NCBI GenBank assembly: GCA_964016885.1
Contig: OZ024743.1
Location: 45,260,001 to 45,324,000 of the forward strand
From: Eledone cirrhosa
Lineage: Eukaryota
Length of the DNA stretch: 64,000 nucleotides
Reading direction: 5' to 3'
Shown in pieces: positions 56,601 through 64,000 of this stretch. The position numbers were made by a program, and so were the translations under genes. Numbering within the stretch: position 1 is the first letter of the stretch; each line of letters opens with the position of its first letter. The notes under the pieces are model-generated. The model had not been told where the DNA came from, did not search any database, and was given only the letters and a program-made list of their open reading frames with translations.

Positions 56601-59239
56601 GGAACTTTATGAGATTCTAGTCTGTCACCCAAGTAGGCTAACGGAACTTTATGAGATTCTAGTCTATCACCCAAGTAGACCAACGGAACTTTATGAGATT
56701 CTAGTCTATCACCCAAGTAGACCAACGGAACTTTATGAGATTCTAGTCTGTCACCCAAGTAGGCTAACGGAACTTTATGAGATTCTAGTCTATCACCCAA
56801 GTAGACCAACGGAACTTTATGAGATTCTAGTCTATCACCCAAGTAGACCAACGGAACTTTATGAGATTCTAGTCTATCACCCAAGTAGGCTAACGGAACT
56901 TTATGAGATTCTAGTCTATCACCCAAGTAGACCAACGGAACTTTATGAGATTCTAGTCTATGAACCCAAGTAGGCTAACGGAACTTTATGAGATTCTAGT
57001 CTATCACCCAAGTAGACCAACGGAACTTTATGACATTCTAGTCTATCACCCAAGTAGGCCAACGGAACTTTATGAGATTCTAGTCTATCACCCAAGTAGA
57101 CCAACGGAACTTTATGAGATTCTAGTCTGTCACCCAAGAAGGCTAACGGAACTTTATGAGATTCTAGTCTATCACCCAAGTAGACCAACGGAACTTTATG
57201 AGATTCTAGTCTATCACCCAAGTAGACCAACGGAACTTTATGAGATTCTAGTCTATCACCCAAGTAGACCAACGGAACTTTATGAGATTCTAGTCTATCA
57301 CCCAAGTAGGCTAACGGAACTTTATGAGATTCTAGTCTATCACCCAAGTAGACCAACGGAACTTTATGAGATTCTAGTCTATCACCCAAGTAGACCAACG
57401 GAACTTTATGAGATTCTAGTCTGTCACCCAAGTAGGCTAACGGAACTTTATGAGATTCTAGTCTATCACCCAAGTAGACCAACGGAACTTTATGAGATTC
57501 TAGTCTATCACCCAAGTAGACCAACGGAACTTTATGAGATTCTAGTCTATCACCCAAGTAGGCTAACGGAACTTTATGAGATTCTAGTCTATCACCCAAG
57601 TAGACCAACGGAACTTTATGAGATTCTAGTCTATGAACCCAAGTAGGCTAACGGAACTTTATGAGATTCTAGTCTATCACCCAAGTAGACCAACGGAACT
57701 TTATGAGATTCTAGTCTATCACCCAAGTAGGCCAACGGAACTTTATGAGATTCTAGTCTATCACCCAAGTAGACCAACGGAACATTATGAGATTCTAGTC
57801 TATGAACCCAAGTAGGCTAACGGAACTTTATGAGATTCTAGTCTATGAACCCAAGTAGGCTAACGGAACTTTATGAGATTCTAGTCTATCACCCAAGTAG
57901 ACCAACGGAACTTTATGAGATTCTAGTCTATCACCCAAGTAGGCCAACGGAACTTTATGAGATTCTAGTCTATCACCCAAGTAGACCAACGGAACTTTAT
58001 GAGATTCTAGTCTATGAACCCAAGTAGGCTAACGGAACTTTATGAGATTCTAGTCTATCACCCAAGTAGACCAACGGAACTTTATGAGATTCTAGTCTAT
58101 CACCCAAGTAGACCAACGGAACTTTATGAGATTCTAGTCTGTCACCCAAGAAGGCTAACGGAACTTTATGAGATTCTAGTCTATCACCCAAGTAGACCAA
58201 CGGAACTTTATGAGATTCTAGTCTATCACCCAAGTAGACCAACGGAACTTTATGAGATTCTAGTCTATCACCCAAGTAGACCAACGGAACTTTATGAGAT
58301 TCTAGTCTATCACCCAAGTAGGCTAACGGAACTTTATGAGATTCTAGTCTATCACCCAAGTAGACCAACGGAACTTTATGAGATTCTAGTCTATCACCCA
58401 AGTAGACCAACGGAACTTTATGAGATTCTAGTCTATCACCCAAGTAGACCAACGGAACTTTATGAGATTCTAGTCTATCACCCAAGTAGGCTAACAGAAC
58501 TATATGAGATTCTAGTCTATCACCCAAGTAGACCAACGGAACTTTATGAGATTCTAGTCTATCACCCAAGTAGGCTAACAGAACTATATGACATTCTAGT
58601 CTATCACCCAAGTAGACCAACGGAACTTTATGAGATTCTAGTCTATCACCCAAGTAGGCTAACGGAACTTTATGAGATTCTAGTCTATCACCCAAGTAGG
58701 CTAACGGAACTTTATGAGATTCTAGTCTATCACCCAAGTAGACCAACGGAACTTTATGAGATTCTAGTCTATCACCCAAGTAGACCAACGGGACTTTATG
58801 AGATTCTAGTCTATCACCCAAGTAGACCAACGGAACTTTATGAGATTCTAGTCTATCACCCAAGTAGACCAACGGAACTTTATGAGATTCTAGTCTATCA
58901 CCCAAGTAGACCAACGGAACTTTATGAGATTCTAGTCTAACACCCAAGTAGGCTAACGGAACTTTATGAGATTCTAGTCTATCACCCAAGTAGACCAACG
59001 GAACTTTATGAGATTCTAGTCTATCACCCAAGTAGACCAACAGAACTTTATGAGATTCTAGTCTATCACCCAAGTAGACCAACGGAACTTTATGAGATTC
59101 TAGTCTATCACCCAAGTAGGCTAACGGAACTTTATGAGATTCTAGTCTATCACCCAAGTAGACCAACGGAACTTTATGAGATTCTAGTCTATCACCCAAG
59201 TAGACCAACGGAACTTTATGAGATTCTAGTCTATCACCC

Positions 59240-62010
59240 AAGTAGACCAACGGAACTTTATGAGATTCTAGTCTATCACCCAAGTAGGCTAACGGAACTT
59301 TATGAGATTCTAGTCTATCACCCAAGTAGGCTAACAGAACTATATGAGATTCTAGTCTATCACCCAAGTAGACCAACGGAACTTTATGAGATTCTAGTCT
59401 ATCACCCAAGTAGACCAACGGAACTTTATGAGATTCTAGTCTATCACCCAAGTAGGCTAACAGAACTATATGAGATTCTAGTCTATCACCCAAGTAGACC
59501 AACGGAACTTTATGAGATTCTAGTCTATCACCCAAGTAGGCTAACGGAACTTTATGAGATTCTAGTCTATCACCCAAGTAGACCAACGGAACTTTATGAC
59601 ATTCTAGTCTATCACCCAAGTAGACCAACGGAACTTTATGAGATTCTAGTCTATCACCCAAGTAGGCTAACGGAACTTTATGAGATTCTAGTCTATCACC
59701 CAAGTAGGCTAACGGAACTTTATGAGATTCTAGTCTATCACCCAAGTAGGCTAACGGAACTTTATGAGATTCTAGTCTATCACCCAAGTAGACCAACGGA
59801 ACTTTATGAGATTCTAGTCTATCACCCAAGTAGACCAACGGAACTTTATGAGATTCTAGTCTATCACCCAAGTAGACCAACGGAACTTTATGAGATTCTA
59901 GTCTATCACCCAAGTAGACCAACGGAACTTTATGAGATTCTAGTCTATCACCCAAGTAGACCAACGGAACTTTATGAGATTCTAGTCTATCACCCAAGTA
60001 GACCAACGGAACTTTATGAGATTCTAGTCTAACACCCAAGTAGGCTAACGGAACTTTATGAGATTCTAGTCTATCACACAAGTAGACCAACGGAACTTTA
60101 TGAGATTCTAGTCTATCACCCAAGTAGACCAACGGAACTTTATGAGATTCTAGTCTATCACCCAAGTAGACCAACGGAACTTTATGAGATTCTAGTCTAT
60201 CACCCAAGTAGACCAACGGAACTTTATGAGATTCTAGTCTATCACCCAAGTAGACCAACGGAACTTTATGAGATTCTAGTCTATCACCCAAGTAGACCAA
60301 CGGAAATTTATGATATTCTAGTCTATCACCCAAGTAGACCAACGGAACTTTATGAGATTCTAGTCTATCACCCAAGTAGACCAACGGAACTTTATGAGAT
60401 TCTAGTCTATCACCCAAGTAGACCAACGGAACTTTATGAGATTCTAGTCTATCACCCAAGTAGGCTAACAGAACTTTATGAGATTCTAGTCTATCACCCA
60501 AGTAGACCAACCGAACTTTATGAGATTCTAGTCTATCACCCAAGTAGACCAACGGAACTTTATGAGATTCTAGTCTATCACCCAAGTAGGCTAACGGAAC
60601 TTTATGAGATTCTAGTCTATCACCCAAGTAGACCAACGGAACTTTATGAGATTCTAGTCTATCACCCAAGTAGGCTAACGGAACTTTATGAGATTCTAGT
60701 CTATCACCCAAGTAGGCTAACAGAACTATATGAGATTCTAGTCTATCACCCAAGTAGACCAACGGAACTTTATGAGATTCTAGTCTATCACCCAAGTAGA
60801 CCAACGGAACTTTATGAGATTCTAGTCTATCACCCAAGTAGGCTAACAGAACTATATGAGATTCTAGTCTATCACCCAAGTAGACCAACGGAACTTTATG
60901 AGATTCTAGTCTATCACCCAAGTAGGCTAACGGAACTTTATGAGATTCTAGTCTATCACCCAAGTAGACCAACGGAACTTTATGACATTCTAGTCTATCA
61001 CCCAAGTAGACCAACGGAACTTTATGAGATTCTAGTCTATCACCCAAGTAGGCTAACGGAACTTTATGAGATTCTAGTCTATCACCCAAGTAGGCTAACG
61101 GAACTTTATGAGATTCTAGTCTATCACCCAAGTAGGCTAACGGAACTTTATGAGATTCTAGTCTATCACCCAAGTAGACCAACGGAACTTTATGAGATTC
61201 TAGTCTATCACCCAAGTAGACCAACGGAACTTTATGAGATTCTAGTCTATCACCCAAGTAGACCAACGGAACTTTATGAGATTCTAGTCTATCACCCAAG
61301 TAGACCAACGGAACTTTATGAGATTCTAGTCTATCACCCAAGTAGACCAACGGAACTTTATGAGATTCTAGTCTATCACCCAAGTAGACCAACGGAACTT
61401 TATGAGATTCTAGTCTAACACCCAAGTAGGCTAACGGAACTTTATGAGATTCTAGTCTATCACACAAGTAGACCAACGGAACTTTATGAGATTCTAGTCT
61501 ATCACCCAAGTAGACCAACGGAACTTTATGAGATTCTAGTCTATCACCCAAGTAGACCAACGGAACTTTATGAGATTCTAGTCTATCACCCAAGTAGACC
61601 AACGGAACTTTATGAGATTCTAGTCTATCACCCAAGTAGACCAACGGAACTTTATGAGATTCTAGTCTATCACCCAAGTAGACCAACGGAAATTTATGAT
61701 ATTCTAGTCTATCACCCAAGTAGACCAACGGAACTTTATGAGATTCTAGTCTATCACCCAAGTAGACCAACGGAACTTTATGAGATTCTAGTCTATCACC
61801 CAAGTAGACCAACGGAACTTTATGAGATTCTAGTCTATCACCCAAGTAGGCTAACAGAACTTTATGAGATTCTAGTCTATCACCCAAGTAGACCAACCGA
61901 ACTTTATGAGATTCTAGTCTATCACCCAAGTAGACCAACGGAACTTTATGAGATTCTAGTCTATCACCCAAGTAGGCTAACGGAACTTTATGAGATTCTA
62001 GTCTATCACC
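59240..62010. repeat. 1386-bp (33-monomer) tandem duplication; boundaries approximate
   Basis: The AAATTTATGATATT variant lies at 60312/61698, and the GACATT, TCTAAC, CACACA and CCAACCG variants recur at the same offset. Confidence 0.9.
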
Positions 62011-64000
62011 CAAGTAGACCAACGGAACTTTATGAGATTCTAGTCTATCACCCAAGTAGACCAACGGAACTTTATGAGATTCTAGTCTATCACCCAAGTA
62101 GACCAACGGAACTTTATGAGATTCTAGTCTATCACCCAAGTAGACCAACGGAACTTTATGAGATTCTAGTCTATCACCCAAGTAGACCAACGGAACTATA
62201 TGAGATTCTAGTCTATCACCCAAGTAGACCAACAGAACTTTATGAGATCCTAGTCTATCACCCAAGTAGACCAACGGAACTTTATGAGATTCTAGTCTAT
62301 CACCCAAGTAGACCAACGGAACTTTATGAGATTCTACTCTATCACCCAAGTAGACCAACGGAACTTTATGAGATCCTAGTCTATCACCCAAGTAGACCAA
62401 CGGAACTTTATGAGATTCTAGTCTATGAACCCAAGTAGGCTAACGGAACTTTATGAGATTCTAGTCTATCACCCAAGTAGACCAACGGAACTTTATGAGA
62501 TTCTAGTCTATCACCCAAGTAGACCAACGGAACTTTATGAGATTCTAGTCTATCACCCAAGTAGACCAACGGAACTTTATGAGATTCTAGTCTGTCACCC
62601 AAGTAGGCTAACGGAACTTTATGAGATTCTAGTCTATCACCCAAGTAGACCAACGGAACTTTATGAGATTCTAGTCTATCACCCAAGTAGACCAACGGAA
62701 CTTTATGAGATTCTAGTCTATCACCCAAGTAGACCAACGGAACTTTATGAGATTCTAGTCTATCACCCAAGTAGACCAACGGAACTTTATGAGATTCTAG
62801 TCTATCACCCAAGTAGGCTAACGGAACTTTATGAGATTCTAGTCTATCACCCAAGTAGACCAACGGAACTTTATGAGATTCTAGTCTATCACCCAAGTAG
62901 ACCAACGGAACTTTATGAGATTCTAGTCTATCACCCAAGTAGACCAACGGAACTTTATGAGATTCTAGTCTATCACCCAAGTAGACCAACGGAACTTTAT
63001 GAGATTCTAGTCTATCACCCAAGTAGGCTAACGGAACTTTATGAGATTCTAGTCTATCACCCAAGTAGACCAACGGAACTTTATGAGATTCTAGTCTATC
63101 ACCCAAGTAGACCAACGGAACTTTATGAGATTCTAGTCTATCACCCAAGTAGACCAACGGAACTTTATGAGATTCTACTCTATCACCCAAGTAGACCAAC
63201 GGAACTTTATGAGATCCTAGTCTATCACCCAAGTAGACCAACGGAACTTTATGAGATTCTAGTCTATGAACCCAAGTAGGCTAACGGAACTTTATGAGAT
63301 TCTAGTCTATCACCCAAGTAGACCAACGGAACTTTATGAGATTCTAGTCTATCACCCAAGTAGACCAACGGAACTTTATGAGATTCTAGTCTATCACCCA
63401 AGTAGACCAACGGAACTTTATGAGATTCTAGTCTATCACCCAAGTAGACCAACGGAACTTTATGAGATTCTAGTCTATCACCCAAGTAGACCAACGGAAC
63501 TTTATGAGATTCTAGTCTATCACCCAAGTAGACCAACGGAACTTTATGAGATTCTAGTCTGTCACCCAAGTAGGCTAACGGAACTTTATTTGATTCTAGT
63601 CTATCACCCAAGTAGACCAACGGAACTTTATGAGATTCTAGTCTATCACCCAAGTAGACCAACGGAACTTTATGAGATTCTAGTCTATCACCCAAGTAGG
63701 CTAACGGAACTTTATGAGATTCTAGTCTATCACCCAAGTAGACCAACGGAACTTTATGAGATTCTAGTCTATGAACCCAAGTAGGCTAACGGAACTTTAT
63801 GAGATTCTAGTCTATCACCCAAGTAGACCAACGGAACTTTATGAGATTCTAGTCTATCACCCAAGTAGGCCAACGGAACTTTATGAGATTCTAGTCTATC
63901 ACCCAAGTAGACCAACGGAACTTTATGAGATTCTAGTCTATCACCCAAGTAGACCAACGGAACTTTATGAGATTCTAGTCTATCACCCAAGTAGACCAAC

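Larger units (their letters stand above)
1..64000. repeat. Tandem satellite/minisatellite array, 42-bp monomer TCTATCACCCAAGTAGACCAACGGAACTTTATGAGATTCTAG, about 1,520 copies, truncated by both window edges
   Basis: Seen directly: every line consists of this monomer or a variant with 1-4 differences, all in the same orientation, with no intervening unique DNA. The ORF track shows only a 14-aa periodicity on both strands. Confidence 0.99.

Noticed and set aside
256-63999. All ORFs in the six-frame track as protein-coding genes
   Set aside because: They are pure translations of the monomer with no unique N- or C-terminal domain. Minus-strand starts are mostly repeat-internal TTG codons. Stop and frameshift variants are duplicated freely, and by eye non-synonymous variant types clearly outnumber synonymous ones in the + frame.
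1-64000. Canonical CRISPR array
   Set aside because: There are no unique spacers, leader or cas genes; the entire 42 bp is repeated.
1-64000. Telomerase-type telomeric repeat
   Set aside because: The unit is longer than the telomerase repeats I know and lacks a strongly G-rich strand. Variants are inherited in multi-kb blocks rather than re-templated. A subtelomeric location or a recombination-maintained telomere cannot be excluded.
1-64000. Rolling-circle or MDA amplification artefact of a small circle
   Set aside because: A single circle would give one fixed period with random errors. Here many different periods are nested, and shared variants recur at exact multiples of the monomer.
1-64000. 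Plasmid iterons or a partition-site array
   Set aside because: Such arrays have few and usually shorter units next to rep or par genes, and none are present.
1-64000. Alternative genetic code (TAG read-through) opening more frames
   Set aside because: One extra frame per strand has only a single TAG per monomer, but nothing in the window indicates recoding or that any frame is translated.

Overview
The whole 64 kb window is one uninterrupted, head-to-tail tandem array of a 42-bp monomer. The consensus on the + strand is TCTATCACCCAAGTAGACCAACGGAACTTTATGAGATTCTAG (17/42 G+C), and there are about 1,520 copies (64,000/42). The array runs off both ends, and I saw no unique sequence, spacers, inversions, transposon remnants or recognisable genes, so the organism and genomic context cannot be determined. 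It is best described as a very homogeneous satellite/minisatellite. All ORFs in the track are translations of the monomer, which is 14 codons long and stop-free in one frame per strand (YHPSRPTELYEILV on +, LESHKVPLVYLGDR on -); I do not call them genes. The information lies in the variant monomers: (i) two interspersed main types (AGACC vs AGGCT, plus ACGG vs ACAG); (ii) a 43-bp variant (TCTATGAACCC) that occurs in clusters and builds 127-bp and 169-bp higher-order units; (iii) nested duplications of 966, 1344, 1386, 1512, 2100, 2648, 3658, 4578 and 6933 bp, read from rare marker variants; (iv) a recurring six-monomer cassette; (v) an imperfect hairpin whose 3' arm holds the commonest polymorphisms; and (vi) one ~2.4 kb indel-rich patch that looks like lower sequence quality. 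I found no convincing new gene system, and the functional ideas below are labelled as speculation.
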